Part shown: piece by piece, positions 14,811 through 29,650 of the stretch | Layout of the letters: each line of letters starts with the position of its first letter | Position numbering within the stretch: position 1 is the first letter of the stretch | Assembly: GCA_964016885.1 (NCBI GenBank) | Contig: OZ024746.1 | Location: 46,748,001 to 46,812,000 of the forward strand | DNA from: Eledone cirrhosa | Taxonomy: Eukaryota | DNA length: 64,000 bases | Reading direction: 5' to 3' | Position numbers and translations under genes: made by a program | Notes under the pieces: model-generated | Database searches by the model: none | The model's input: only the letters and a program-made list of their open reading frames with translations | What the model was told of the DNA's origin: nothing

Positions 14811-15317
14811 CATTCTCGGCTAAGATTCCTGGCAATACGCGGACACAGGGAACTTATACAAAAATAATTCAGTGGATGGAAAAAAGCAAGCGCGGACTCA
14901 CTGCCTTCCTGGTCAGTGGCAAATTCAAAAGAATCAATCACGTGACATCGAGGTTAATCAGTGATGTGTGGGGTGTTAAAAAGACAGTAGCCAAACTAAT
15001 ACTATACTTTGCTAGCGTAAGTATACATCTGTATAAATATGTTGGTAGATATACTAATTCTTTATAATTAACTCCAAATTATTTTGTTGAGCAATAATTT
15101 GCCTAAATTACTACTATGGTTCATAGTATTAGTTTGGCTACTGTCTTTTTAACACCCCACTCTTCACTGAATAACCTCGATGTCACGTGATTGATTCTTT
15201 TGAATTTGCCACTGACCAGGTAGGCAGTGAGTCCGCGCTTGCTTTTTTCCATCCACTGAATTATTTTTGTATAAGTTCCCTGTGTCCGCGTATTGCCAGG
15301 AGTCTTAGCTGAGAATG

Positions 15318-15399
15318 ACTCCCTGTTGAAGAAATGATTCTCCATGGTCCCCATTTGAAGACTATGTATATCCCCTTTCAGAAACTAATTAGTTGGAGT
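15318..15399 (+). ncRNA. Type I hammerhead ribozyme, second copy with A6U substitution
   Basis: actcc-CTGTTGA-agaaatg...cctttca-GAAAC-taatta-GTT-ggagt. Stem III is the palindrome AACTAATTAGTT. Confidence 0.7.
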
Positions 15400-15683
15400 G
15401 AAATTTAAGTAAGTTAATTACTATAATTTTCTTATTTTACGTGTTTTATATAATTGTTCTACATCTCTTTGTATTGAACCACAAAGTTGCTAAGACAAAA
15501 CCTATATCTTTGCAAGCGTAAGTATACATCTGTATAAATATGTTGGTAGATATACTAATTCTTTATATATATATATATATATATGTGTGTGTTTGTGTGA
15601 GATTGTCCTGCCGATATTTGTATCTTTCACTTAATGTATCCATGTATTTATTTTTTATTTTTTATTTTATCTTTATTTTTATC

Positions 15684-15766
<83 letters not shown>

Positions 15767-15773
15767 TGTGTGT

Positions 15774-15814
<41 letters not shown>

Positions 15815-15902
15815 TATACGATTTATATATAGATAGAGAGTCGATAGGAAAATAGATGCGTTGATAAAAAGACAATATTCTCCGCTGAGGATTATCTTCC
15901 AA

Positions 15903-16064
15903 ATCCGGACGCCATGCTTTCCAGCATAGTTACGTCCCTTTACGATCTGAGTTCAAATCCCGCCGAGGTTGACTTTGCCTTTCATCCTTACGGGGTCGAT
16001 AAAATAAAGTACCAGTAATGCACTGCATAATTGCTGGCCTTGTGCCTAAAGTAGAAACAATTAT
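15903..16064 (+). mobile_element. SINE family A
   Basis: B-box gagttcaaatccc followed by the core and tail. Confidence 0.85.
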
Positions 16065-16344
16065 TTCACTTACTCAAACACTAAACTACATTTATATATT
16101 ATATTCAATAGATTATACTTTGTAATATTTCCCAGTGATTCTGATACAAATATAATTATGTAGATCTTGGTCGCTTACACTGTTATGTGTAAGTCAACTG
16201 AAAATATATCAAAAGAAACAGCGAATTTTTAACCATGAATGTGTGTAGAATTCCTACTCTATGACATTATAGTTGTATGGTTATAGAAATAGCATATTAG
16301 TTAGCAATAAGCAATACTACATAAATATGCACACATATTCATGA

Positions 16345-16408
<64 letters not shown>

Positions 16409-16410
<2 letters not shown>

Positions 16411-16597
16411 CGAAGGAAATGTGGTAAGGAACCAGGTGTACCATAACGCACCAAAGTACTCAATACTTAGGGTAGTAGAGTGGTTAATAGGAACGAGTAG
16501 GGCCCCGACGGCTGAGCTCAAGCCGTTTCGACGGCTAATTCAGTCCAGAATTAGCCGTCGAAACGGCTTGAGCTCAGCCGTCGGGGTCCTACTCGTT

Positions 16598-16601
<4 letters not shown>
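16409..16601 (-). mobile_element. 5'-truncated copy of the 37631-38580 element with a fold-back through the HHR
   Basis: Same terminus aacgaaggaaatgtggtaaggaaccagg as 37631 and 42596. Inverted arms 16487-16541 / 16548-16602 contain GAAAC-ggc-ttgagctca-gcc-GTC-gggg. Confidence 0.85.
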
Positions 16602-16652
<51 letters not shown>

Positions 16653-16724
16653 TGAAATTTCCGTGAAGAGTGCTCTATGTAAGTACCAGAGCAAAATTTA
16701 ATGTATAAAAATCAATACAATATA

Positions 16725-16802
16725 ATTACCTCATTACTAGAGGTTTCCCGAATGGGGCGAATACGAAAGAAACGTCTTCATTCGTTCGTCAGACGAGGCA
16801 AT
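16725..16802 (-). ncRNA. Type I hammerhead ribozyme at the PLE 3' end
   Basis: Minus strand: attgcctcgt-CTGACGA-a-cgaatg...cattcg-g-GAAAC-ctcta-GTA-atgaggtaat. Stem I has 10 bp. Confidence 0.85.
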
Positions 16803-17994
16803 ATAAAACATGGGTAAATACTTGGAAAGTCTCATCAAGAAAAGCAAAAAAAAACAAAAAAAATATAGACAAATGAATTAGAATATGAAATATATAATAA
16901 TCTTTAAAGAAATATAGTTAGATGTGTGTGTATGTATGTATATACGCTCACAGATGTGCATATATGTGTATGCACATATGTATACGTATAGTGAAAAAGT
17001 GTGCGTAAATATATAATTTAGGGCAAATGTACCTGTGTGTTTGTAATCTACAGACAAAATAGATACATCATAAGAATATGAAGGCACGCGCATAAACACA
17101 CCTACACCCACGTACACTTATATGCAGAAGTAAAAGAGGTAAGGGAGTGTAATAATTAAAGGAAAGTATCAATCTCGATATATTTATAAAAATGGAACAA
17201 TAATTTAGAAAGAAAAAAATTAAAGAAAAGAAGACAAACAAGGTACATGCATACACACACGTATATCTCACAAAAGAAACGCAAAAATATACATGCCTAT
17301 ATACACACGCACACTTACACATCCATACGTTCGATACGTACACACACACACACACACACACACATACTTACACTCACGCATATTGACCTGTTTGCATGCA
17401 CACGCATAAAAATGAGGATCTAAAAAAAGGGGGAGAAGAAAAAAGAAACAAAACATAAAACCTAGATGTAAAAACACGGATATAAAGAGACATACACCTA
17501 TATATATATATATATATATACGCACGCGCGCGCACATACGTAGTCGCTCATGTACATATATAGAAAGTATACACACATTAAGGCGTTCAGCCACATAGAT
17601 ATAGGGTGTAAAAAACTTGTGGATAAGTAAGTACAAATATAAAATTATAAAATTGTAAGATTGGCTGCGCAAAAATAAAAAATAAAAATAAAAATAAAAA
17701 ATATCTGGAGGGGAAAACGCAAATGACTCGTTTAATCAGTTAGTGAAGGAAATAGGGAAGTAAAAAATGGAAAGTGAAGATATTAGGTAAGTGAATCGGG
17801 AAATAAGGGGGGGGGGGGTTATTGGTGGATGTGAAGTAAAAATTAAAAAAATATATAAAAATGAAAATAAAAATAAAAATAAAAATAAAAATAAAAATAA
17901 AAATAAAAATAAAAATAAAAATAAATGAAATTAATAATAAGGATAAAAATGAAAGTAAATCAGAAAGGGTAATTATAAAGAGAATAATAAGAGT

Positions 17995-18480
17995 TTATGG
18001 AGGATAAGTATCTGAAAGTGTGTTAAGTTTATATGAGCTGGAAAGCAGGTGTGATTTCATGTGTGGGCAACTGGTGAACATTTCCGTCTTTGTGTTCAGG
18101 CAGGTCTTTGGTGATTTAAGATTTTGCAATATCCAATATTTTTCATTTATGCAGAGCGTGCATTTTCTTGTTCCTCTTGCATATTCTTTAGATTGGTTCA
18201 AAATTGACCAATCCAATCTATATTGGATGCCTTGGTCTTTCAAATCCCAAATTCTGCTAGCCAGAGCTGTTGTAAATCTTTTTTCTGGATGTCGAAAGGA
18301 TGCGAGATGTGAGTAATAACGCGTTTTGAATTTGTCTTGCGTCATACCCACATACCGTTCACTGGTGGCTGGATGGTTGTTGCTGATGGTTGTCACTTTA
18401 GCCGCATATACAATGGCTTTGGTGTTGCATTTACCTTGTAATGGGCATTCACTTTTGATTCTACAGGAGCAAGTTTGATA
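17995..18480 (-). pseudogene. PLE GIY-YIG endonuclease coding region
   Basis: ORF 17995..18396 plus an upstream in-frame Cys-rich linker. Confidence 0.85.
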
Positions 18481-19058
18481 TTCTCTAGGTGATTTTTTGT
18501 TGATGATATAGGACTTAATAGGGGTATGGAAATGTTTATCTAGGAGCTCTAGGAATGTTTTGACTACATTAGTTTTAACTGCTAAAGAGTAGGGGGGTGT
18601 GAACCAGATTATTTTGCTTTTCCTGTTTTTATGTTTAATAGTGTTAGTATAATTGGGTATGTATTTAATCGGTTCGCTAAAACCGCTATTTTGGAGGGCT
18701 TTATTATAGTAGGGGGATGCCTTATTAAAAATAGCTTCTGAGGAAGAGAGGGTGGAGATCCTACGGCTAATATTAGGGATAAGGTTTTTAAAAACTATAG
18801 GAGGATGGCAAAGCCTTTATTTATATATTTTAAGTTTTCATTAGGTTTATGGTATGGTTTATAAGAAGCAGTAGGCAAATCTAGGTTTATATCTAGGAAA
18901 TCTACATTGGAAAGATTAGTGTCAATAGTAATTTTAAGATTAAAACTAGCGAAGGTTTTTATTAAGTCTTTCCTTAATCTATCTAAGTTATGGCCTATGG
19001 TGGTATGGGAAATTATTAGACCATCGTCGCGATAAAGCCCAAAAATATGGTTAGGAAA

Positions 19059-20139
<1,081 letters not shown>

Positions 20140-20140
20140 C

Positions 20141-20430
20141 CGATATTAAACAAATGGAAACTATATTTATAAAACCATATTTATTTCGTTATATATATTT
20201 CTGGGATATCATATTAAAATATGTTATGCCTTCCTCAGACAAAATACAATACATAAGCTGTTTTATAAATAATTAGTGACATACCTTTTAATAATGCAAC
20301 TTCCTTTTAAAAAGTTGATTTGGTATTTTGTCTGAGGAAGGCATAACATATTTTTAATATGATATCCCAGAAATATATATAACGAAATAAATATGGTTTT
20401 ATAAATATAGTTTCCATTTGTTTAATATCG
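20141..20430. repeat. Inverted repeat with ~107-bp arms, each carrying an HHR
   Basis: 20141-20247 is the reverse complement of 20323-20430. Confidence 0.9.
20324..20389 (+). ncRNA. Minimal type I hammerhead ribozyme; mirror copy at 20182-20246 on the minus strand
   Basis: tattttgt-CTGAGGA-agg...ccca-GAAA-tatata-TA-acgaaata. 8-bp stem I and palindromic stem III. Confidence 0.75.
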
Positions 20431-20520
20431 TAAACCTACTCCAGAAACTGTCGAGTGCTTTTATATCAGTTATAAAATATTTACTCGTTGTAACCCAACA
20501 ATCTTAAATAAAACTTTTGC

Positions 20521-20583
<63 letters not shown>

Positions 20584-20690
20584 TATATATATATAAATAT
20601 ATATATATAAATATATATATATAAATATATATAAATATATATATATAAATATATATAATATATATCAAATATATAAGAACCGTAGAGCAA

Positions 20691-20837
20691 ATATTTATTA
20701 AAATGACAGATTAAAGTTTAAGCAAAGAATCGCTGCTTTCACCCTTAACGGGATCTTCTGAAACTGAGTTTCAGAAGATCCCGTTAAGGGTGAAAGTAGC
20801 GATTCTTTGCTTAAACTTTAATCTGTCATTTTAATAA

Positions 20838-20841
<4 letters not shown>
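20691..20841. repeat. Near-perfect palindrome with ~74-bp arms next to (TA)n
   Basis: atatttattaaaatgacag...gatcttctgaaact / agtttcagaagatc...ctgtcattttaataaatat, 1 mismatch. Confidence 0.95.
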
Positions 20842-20871
<30 letters not shown>

Positions 20872-20913
20872 ATGTATGCGTACGCACGTATGATTGTATA
20901 AGTATATATAAAT

Positions 20914-21293
20914 GTATGAATCTTCGCTTATCCGGACGGTCAAAACCAAACAGTTAGAAAAAGATTCGGTTAAGTGAAATATCCGGATAAGTGAATTCTA
21001 AAATCACATTGTTACATAATGCTCGTGGTTTCTAATGTTTTGGCTTCTTTTAGTCAAAATAAAAGACAAATGCTAAGTAAAGAAAGTTTATTAGAATAAC
21101 AAAAGAACAGCTAGAATTTATAAGAAAATTAATTAAACAAACATAAGAATAACTAAAAACTTGGTAAAACTGAATTGAGTCAAACCATAAAAAGTTAGTA
21201 CTTTTTTTAAAATGAATAAATAGTAGTATAGAAATAGCCGTCCGGTAAATCGAATTTCAGAAAAGCGATATCCGGATAAGCGAAGATGCACTG
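20914..21293. mobile_element. Tc1/mariner (pogo/Tigger-like) MITE
   Basis: TIR tcttcgcttatccgga (20921-20936) / tccggataagcgaagatgcactg (21271-21293), with internal tccggataa sub-repeats. Confidence 0.65.
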
Positions 21294-22523
21294 TTTACAA
21301 TGTTCATCATTTTACGTTCTCTTAATATGTATGGTAACTATTTTATTGTGATATAGTTACAAACTTCTTTTGAATGTTTCACTCTTTTTTGCTAACTAAT
21401 ACCTATAAGGTCAATATTGTACATTCTTAAAGAACACTTTCACCGATTCGTTTGAATAATGGAATTATTTCTCAGAATAACTGCGAAACATTTGTAGATT
21501 TGTAGACTTTTTCGTTCATGTTATTACCTAGTAAGTTCGAGCGCACTAACAGTCGCTTTTGCCATGTAAACGATGCATGAGCATGTAGTAGAAGTTCTCG
21601 CGGCCAGTTGTCCATCAGAACTGGAACCTACCGACCTGGACTATAGTAATGATAATCGCTCAAACGGGTTAACCATCTTTCCGTTCGAGAGAGATAAATC
21701 CTAGACGCTACGTGTTGTGATTTGTTCTTCACCTTCAACTTATCGCTTCAGCCACAAACCTGCACGCAGGGTGTCAACTTTACATTTGTTCTTCGAGATA
21801 ATAAAATTCAAGTATATAAGTACAGTACGAAGATCAGTTTCTTTCTCTTTCTCACTTCATCCAATCTTTCTCTCTCTTCCTAACTTCACCTTCCCACCCA
21901 CCTCTCTCTGTCTATCTTTCTCTCTCTGGAAAGAAAGAATTGTTTGTGTTCATGATTGGAAAATGTGAGGCCTCACTAATCCGTCCAATTCGCACCGTAT
22001 AGCAGGACGGCATCCCGATGGATCCATCAGGAAGTCAGGGAACATGGATAGTAGATGAACGAATGGATGGATTGTACATGCTATCTAGTAACCATAACAA
22101 CGTGTCACCTCTGTCTTATTAAATTTTAGACGAACAATAGGAAAAAATATATACTTTACTCTATATGGCATTGTAATTTATCGAAATATTCTGTGATATT
22201 TCCTACGATGTAATTGCAGTCGCAACAACACCGATACGGATGTAGACCGTACAATATATTCTTCGCAGACATCTCTATTATATTATAACAGACTAGACGT
22301 TAACGTTATTATGTAGCACTCTTTGGTCAGCTTTAGACATATGTATGGTCCCGTAACACTTGATAGAGTGGTAGGGGTCCCGTATTGACATACGGCGTTT
22401 CTTGGGCATTTTACGCCTGGCAGAGCCCATCCTTCTGCACGCCTGAGTACAGTAGATTTCTTCGAGAGAAAGATAGAAAGTGAGAGAGAGGAAAATGGGA
22501 AATAGATGTAGAGATAGAATCTA

Positions 22524-22675
22524 CCCCAATACTAGACTGGTACTTTTTTATCGACCTCGAAAGGATGAAAAGCAAAGTTGACCTCGGCGGGATTTGAACT
22601 CAGAGAGCAGAGAGCCGGAACGAATAACATAAAACATTCTATCCAACGTTCTAACGACTCTGCCAATTCACCACC
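22524..22675 (-). mobile_element. SINE family A
   Basis: actggtactttttta tcgacctcgaaaggatgaaaagcaaagttgacctcggcgggatttgaactcag. Confidence 0.85.
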
Positions 22676-23391
22676 TTTTTAGACTAATAAAGTTACTTAA
22701 ATTCCAATGTGATAAACATTAACTTTGTACAAATCTTGCCTGTAGAGATGTGCATACATCACAATTCCTAGTCATGAATTATTTATCAGTGGTGACACAG
22801 CCGAAAAGAAATGTATAAATCTTCGGTCTTACATCATGTGTTATTAATATTAACTAACCACCACACATAATACCGAATATGTTATGTAATAGAAATCAAA
22901 TATTTCCAAAACTAATGCATCACTTTCTTAATACATAAACAAACATATTCATAATGTAACATATTACAGTGATATGCTATTAAGAAAATATTATTAAAAA
23001 GATATACGTCCTCTTTCGACGCGACAAAACACGCAAATATTAACTCACAGTTTATAGTTGCCATAGTGATAATTGCATTCTTATCAAACTTCTAGCTGAG
23101 TGTGTTCTAGCTTCGCTAAAATTAGTATCGTTGTTTACATTTTAACTACCAATCTCTCTTGAAGATTAAATGCATAAATATTTCAATGAAAGAATGTTTG
23201 AACGTAAGGACCAAAATCGGCTGTTGATTGACTATGCAATCTGTGAATTTTAATAATGTTGCCTATAATAATTTCCCACCTTCCCCATTTTTCATGTATA
23301 TCCTATTTTTTCATAGTGGATCTACTAAAGTCAACTATAATTATGTACCTGACATAAAATTCAAAATCTCTCACTATATTATATATTAAAA

Positions 23392-23579
23392 CGGTGGATT
23401 GGCAGTATCGGTAGAGGGTCGGACGCCATGCTTTGACGCATAGAGTTACGGCCCTTGCCATTCTGAGTTCAAATCCTGTCGAGGTTAACTTTGCCTTTCA
23501 TCCTTACGGGGTCGATAAAATAAAGTACCAGTAATGTACTGGTTAATTGCTGGCTTTGTGCCAAAAGTAGAAACAATTA
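23392..23579 (+). mobile_element. SINE family A, near full length: tRNA head plus a Meta/Sauria-like central core
   Basis: A-box-like ggtggattggcagtatcggtag, B-box gagttcaaatcc, then the core and tail. The superfamily assignment is from memory and needs a Dfam/SINEBase check. Confidence 0.85.
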
Positions 23580-23873
23580 TATATTAAAACGCTATTACTG
23601 AAACAATCCGGAGAGGGATTGCTGACTTTACCAGGCTGTATTTGCCCAAGATAAACAGTGTCCCCACGATACTGGATGTCAAGAGAAAATTGAAAATTAC
23701 TAAAACTACAAATAAAATGTACAAAATTTCTTCGGTGTTTCAGACAGCAAAACGTTAATCCAAAAAGACAGCTAACTCCCTTCATATCAGTTATTATATT
23801 CATGTTGCTAATGACTAAGGAACTTTAAATTGCTTGGACGCAGGTATAAAAATTTGAGAATTCGTGAAATTGT

Positions 23874-23930
<57 letters not shown>

Positions 23931-24020
23931 CATATAGAGTGTTATGTTTGGGCATGACCATGTTGCCGATATTGCCGATATTGCCAACGGGTATTTATAT
24001 TTTTCTTATACCTTACAGAA

Positions 24021-24100
24021 TCCCTCCGATGAGAACTGTTCTGTTAATGATGGTCATATCAATCTATTGAAACGGTCAGACTTGAAACTGCAGTCAGGGA
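24021..24100 (+). ncRNA. Type I hammerhead ribozyme, U4C core
   Basis: tccct-CCGATGA-g...tt-GAAAC-tgca-GTC-aggga. Stem III is the palindrome ACTGCAGT. Confidence 0.8.
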
Positions 24101-27100
24101 ATTTTAGTCAGGTTTCTTAATTTTAGGTTGCTTGACTGTGAATATGAGGGAAAGATGCTTGAGAAGTGTTCTTTTTAGTGTACTTTACTGGGATCTACCC
24201 TTACATGATTTTGTATAAGATGTTCGGAAAAAGAAGTTGCCTTCGGCTGTAGCATCTACGAGCATAAGCACATCATTCATTACATTAACTCTGTCTTCTC
24301 AGCGCTTTAAGATTCCAAAGGATTGGTTGCGTATACATTTTATATGTTTTTAATGATTTGGTTAGATTTAGACATAAAATTACTGATCAGTTCACTGTTA
24401 TTTTTTATACCTTCTTTCTTTCTTATCGTTATTAATATCACAGTGCTACAAAGTTAGTCTTTCTAATTACAAATACAATCTACTCAACGTGTAGCTACAC
24501 ACTTTCCCGTCACCCAAATTCACGTTTGGGTCAACACGAGACTATGATAAAGACACTTGTCCAAGGCGCTACACAATGTGATGAATCCGGAAGATCACGA
24601 ATGCAAAGTAAACGTCTAAGCCACTCAGCTATGTCAGCGTTCGTGGTTTCATTTGTAATGGTAGAACATTATCATTATAGTCAGTTGCAAGTAACGTTTT
24701 ATGAATATATACATATTCCTGTAAGCCAGGTCAACTGACATACGTAGAGAAAATTATCTTCCTCTTTCGAGACGCCTATACCTATAATCTCATTCTATCA
24801 GCCATTTAACCTATTTATAATAATACACATTTATACTATTATTTCTGGTATTAGCTGTTTTAACCCAATGAAATAAAGACAGTTTAATTGTTTCGCGGTA
24901 AGTGACGATAAAAATTTATTTTCAATATATCAAATGAATATATCCCTTGATGCTGAAAAAACAAAAGCCAAAAAAAAAAAATGATTTGTTAAATATCATT
25001 TACCCAGTATTTTCGAACCTGGATTCGCAACCTTTCGCATGGCGATCAATTTTAAACATCAAATGTCATAGGATTAGCGTTTCTTTTTCATCTTTTTTAA
25101 TGCAATATTCACAAACAGATGAGAGCAAAACACAAAAACCCTCTAAGTGTTATCTAAGTTAATAATTATGAGAAAAAATATTTGAAACCTGATCTAGGAT
25201 ATTCAGCTAGAAACATGCAGTAAATTATTAAAATGACAGTTTTATAACATCGGTTTTCACTTTAATAAGACAGATTTTATGAGATATAAACTATTGCATT
25301 TAAAGCTAATTTGAAATGAAAATTGTCATTTTCTGATACAAAAATACGTTATCACCATTATACAGTATACACCTGTTTACGGAATCATGAAAAACATTTA
25401 CCATCCTATTACAGCTTGAAAATAATTATGTGAGTAGAGAAAAAAGGCACAAGTGCTTGGATCCTCCTTTGCTTTTAAGGTGTGATTTGCGATAATTTAA
25501 TAGTTATTTCTAACAGGCACAAAGACTACGTAGATGCTGCTTCATTGAAACTAAGTTGTTGTTTAGACCCAGGTCAACCTTAATAGAGTTGAAGAAAGTT
25601 TAAATGCATTTCTGTCATAATCGTCTTATAATATATAGGATTACATTACGTTCTTCCATTTTTAAGACGTTAGGGTGTGATTTGATGGAAATCTATTGTT
25701 ATAAATATATTATAACGTCGATCAAACACGCAGGGACTCCCTCGTGTGGAGGGAAAAGTAAATAGCAATTATGAAATAGCTTAAAGGAGTGTTTATTTAC
25801 TTAGCAATGCGCACTAAATTATAAGAAACTACAAATATCGAGATAGATGCCATAATTCACGAATCTAAAGCTACAGAAAATATATCTTTCTTACTCTAAG
25901 GAATTTACACAATTATATATTTTCTTCAGTTTATATCACTATTATCTGTACCTGGAATTCCTGTATAGGGACAAATGATAATATTAATGAGTCGTAGGAA
26001 TCTGTTTGAAGTTTCCCTAAGAGACTGTACTACTTTCATTGTTCGAGAAAGAAACTTACGCCATGCACGATTTATCTTTCGGAAATCATTTAAATCATTT
26101 AAACTAAACACTAAATAGGTTACTTATAACTGCTACAAAATCTTCCCTAAGTCACACTCTAGCGTCTTATACAGGACAAGACATTGAATAATGCAGTACT
26201 AGATACATTGAAAATCAAACAAATTATGGTTGTAGTCGCAATACTTTTTATCATATGCCTACTCAGTCAGAGCTACGGTGGGACTAAATAACCAGAACGA
26301 AGTTTAAGCTACATGTTAAGGTCCAATCGAACAAAAGATGATCAAATGAGCTTTTTCAGCACGTCGCTATCCCCATCTTTTTCAGACATCTTGTATGTAG
26401 AACTGCTATACCAAATACCTCCTTCTTGTTATTACCAGGGTAAGATGTGATTTGGGAAAACTTTGATTGCAGTTCCTAACACAATAAATGACTGCGTATA
26501 GCCTCCATTGCGCATAAAATCTTAAGAATTTATATGAGTTTTGAACGGCAACCTATAGTTGTACATCTCCTTAATGCAACAAAATGAGAGTTCACTACAG
26601 CTTTCTCTCCCATTCTCTTTCACATATACTCCCCCCTCTCCCCCTCTCTCTCTCTCGCTTTATCAACCACAAGGAAAGTTGAATCCCCTCGAAAGTTATA
26701 TCCCTCTCGAGTGTCAAATAATGGCTGATGATGTATTGCAAACGAGGTAAAAGTGATGCAATGATATTCAACGTTTTAAAACATTGATGAATTGCTAAAA
26801 TAATAAAATACACCAGTGAAAAGGACATTGTATTGTATTACGCATGAGAATATTAATGTTCCACAATAAATTAAATGTTCCACACAGGAAGATATTAAAG
26901 GAACTTAAGCAATACATGTCAACTACGAGTAAAGAAAACTCCAAAAGAAAACTCTGAAGTGTTGTCCCCCAGAGAATATATAGAATGACTTTAACGTATA
27001 AAACATAGCTCTTCATATAATTTCAGAGAATATCGCGTAAACGAGAAACTATTCTTTAGAGGAAGCCAATGTCAACCAAAGATAGAAAATGATTTATCAC

Positions 27101-27411
27101 AAATTGTTGCGAATAATATTTTCGTTTAAGGCATTGTACATCTATTGTACAATGGATGGAATATACTTATAATCTTTAAAAGATGATAGGCAAAAGATAA
27201 GTTAGGTTTCTACTAAACAATAAATATTCCAAGTAGTTATTATTGATTTCTGGTGGAAAATGTATAGCGAAACCTTAAAAACATCTTGACCCCAGCGAAT
27301 ATTAAAAAGAAGCAACGAGACTATACAGACTAGCAAACATTCACGTAGGATGTATGACTGTAATTTACCACCAGCTTAATAATTCTACATATCACATTTA
27401 ATATTGACTTA

Positions 27412-27612
27412 TAATTTAGGCACAAGGCCAGCAAATTTGGGTAAAGGGCAACGTTGAGTAAACGAACCCTATTACTTGACTTGTACCTTTTGTCAATTCC
27501 AAAAGAATAAAACGCAAACCTGACCTTAGCGGGATTTGAACTCACAATGTAAAGAACCAAAACAAATACCGCAATGGTATTCTATCCGATACTCGGTGCT
27601 AATCCACCACCC
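27412..27612 (-). mobile_element. SINE family A, degenerate
   Basis: aggcacaaggccagcaaattt tail and gggatttgaactc B-box in reverse. Confidence 0.7.
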
Positions 27613-27962
27613 TGGTTTCTACGTTTGGCACAAGTCAGCAATTGGGGGCAAGGAAAAGTAGATTATATCCATCAAAGTTATTTACTAATACTTTATTGAT
27701 CCTACAAAAACAAAGGTAATCTAGGTTAGCCCTTGCCATGTGGTTGATAAAATAATATACAAGTAACACACAGGGGTCGATTTAATTGACTTTCTCCCCA
27801 CCACCCAAATTGTTGGCCTTGTAAAAAATCATTATTAGTTCTTTTTTGGTCAATAAAATAAAGCACCAGCAATTACTGGGGTCGATTTAATCGACTTTCC
27901 CCTGCCCTTCAAATTGCTGGATTTGTGCCTAAAGTAGAAACAGTTAATAGTTCTTATGTTAA

Positions 27963-28180
27963 TGGCGGATGATTGGCAGTATCGGTTGGGCGTCGGACAA
28001 AATGCTTTGCGACTTATAGTTATGACATTTTGTTCTGAGTTCGTATTCCCTCCGAGGTTATCTTTGCCTTTCATCCTTACGGGGACGATAAAATAAAGCA
28101 CCTGGAACGTAATGGGTTTCTTTAATTGACTCTTCCTTCCCCTCAAATAGCTAGCCTTGTGCCTCATGTAAAAATAGTTA
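27963..28180 (+). mobile_element. SINE family A within a cluster of partial copies (27720-28300)
   Basis: Head tggcggatgattggcagtatcgg, core tttgcctttcatccttacggggacgataaaataaagcacc and tail. Confidence 0.8.
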
Positions 28181-28394
28181 TTTGTTAATGTATTGTGGTG
28201 GTTGGTTAGCAGAACCGTTAAAAAATCTGACAAAGCGACATGAGACATTTCATTACGGCACGTCAAATTTTTATTTCAAATCGCACGTGGGTCCACATTG
28301 CAGCAACTAGAGAGTTTTAATTGAACCAAGTGTCTCAGTTGATACGACTTTACGATTGCGTGTGAGAGAGAGAGAAAGAGAGACAGAGAGAGAG

Positions 28395-28465
<71 letters not shown>

Positions 28466-29454
28466 ATAGGGTGATCATTCTTAGGAATTACGTATTTAAT
28501 TTTCATATTTTAATGAGGTCTTATATTATAATGGCTTGCACATTGCTTGTTCGAACTTTCAGGACTATTTATATATTATTTTAATCTTTCGGTAATATGC
28601 TTAACAGCAGTCTATTGAAAAGAAAGAAATATGTAAAATTTGATTTACCTGTCGACAATCATTGTTTCAGATCTACTAACATAATGATTCTTGTTTAAAT
28701 GACTACATTTATAAAACGATTCGCCCCCATATACTTTGCTTCACGTTATTATTTCGCAGAGAAACCTATTTGTATTTTTATGTACACACAAACCCTAAAA
28801 TTATACAGCTATACTTACATAGAAATATATACACAAACATACATAAGCATTCTATGTCGGTATATATATGCAATTCACATTTGTATATGTATGTGTTTGT
28901 ATACATTTTATATGCTTATAGACACACAGACATACACATATATATATATGTAGGTATACTAACACCCACACACACACACACACAGATGTATACTCACACA
29001 CGCATACATACACACACACATACACATGCACACACATACACACTCGCGCAAACGTACACATACATGCATATATATATATGTGTGTGTGTGTATATATATC
29101 TATATATGCGGCGTGTATATGTCTGTGAGTCACGTTAAACCTGATCTAAAATTTGGTCTGGTTGTTTCCTTACATTAATGGCCTGTAACGCATTGGTGTA
29201 ACCAAAATACATTGTGTAAATTAAGTCAAAAGATTCAAGTTCAATACGATGGCTCAAAACTGATGAAGACATTAATGCAATATTTGCGCTGGTCAATGAA
29301 TGATATCAATTGAAAGACAAGAGAAAAAAACCTATATAGTATAAAATGTTTTTAATCTTTAATGGCTGATTCCTTTTCGTTCAGCGAAAATATTTCTACT
29401 GTACATCGCTCTTGCTCTGATTGATCGACAAGATCCCAGACCTTATTCGCTTGC

Positions 29455-29650
29455 CAAGTGGCGTGGACCTCGTTAGGTCAAACCAAGGAAACAATCTTTC
29501 CATTACTGATACTATCTTCCGGTCGCGACTCCTGGCAGAAGGAGCAACGTGAAATAAAGTGTCTTGCTGAAGGACACAACGCATCACCCGGTACGAGAAT
29601 TGAACTCGCAACCTCTCGAATCCAACTGTCTAACCTCTAAACTACACGTC
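29455..29650 (-). mobile_element. tRNA-derived SINE, family B
   Basis: Minus strand: ggttgcgagttcaattc (B-box) followed by gttgtgtccttcagcaagacacttt. Confidence 0.7.

Larger units (their letters stand above)
14677..15565 (+). mobile_element. ORF-less ~501-nt HHR unit with terminal redundancy, plus an inverted 5' partial copy
   Basis: Direct repeat 15007-15064 / 15508-15565. Inverted repeat 14677-15005 / 15123-15450. Flanked by (TA)n. Confidence 0.85.

Noticed and set aside
14774-15354. Pair of similar small ORFs (METMENPFF / MGTMENHFF)
   Set aside because: They result from the inverted duplication and lie antisense to the hammerhead strand, with no recognisable domain.
21570-21705. GC-richer short open frame (MHEHVVEVLAASCPSELEPTDLDY) as a possible host exon
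   Set aside because: It is short, has no recognisable domain and has no clear splice sites.
23392-23480. tRNA gene
   Set aside because: The A/B-box-like motifs belong to a SINE head and no cloverleaf forms.
26726-29330. Isolated CTGATGA heptamers near 26725 and 29260
   Set aside because: No compatible stems or GAAA/NUH geometry, so they are consistent with chance.
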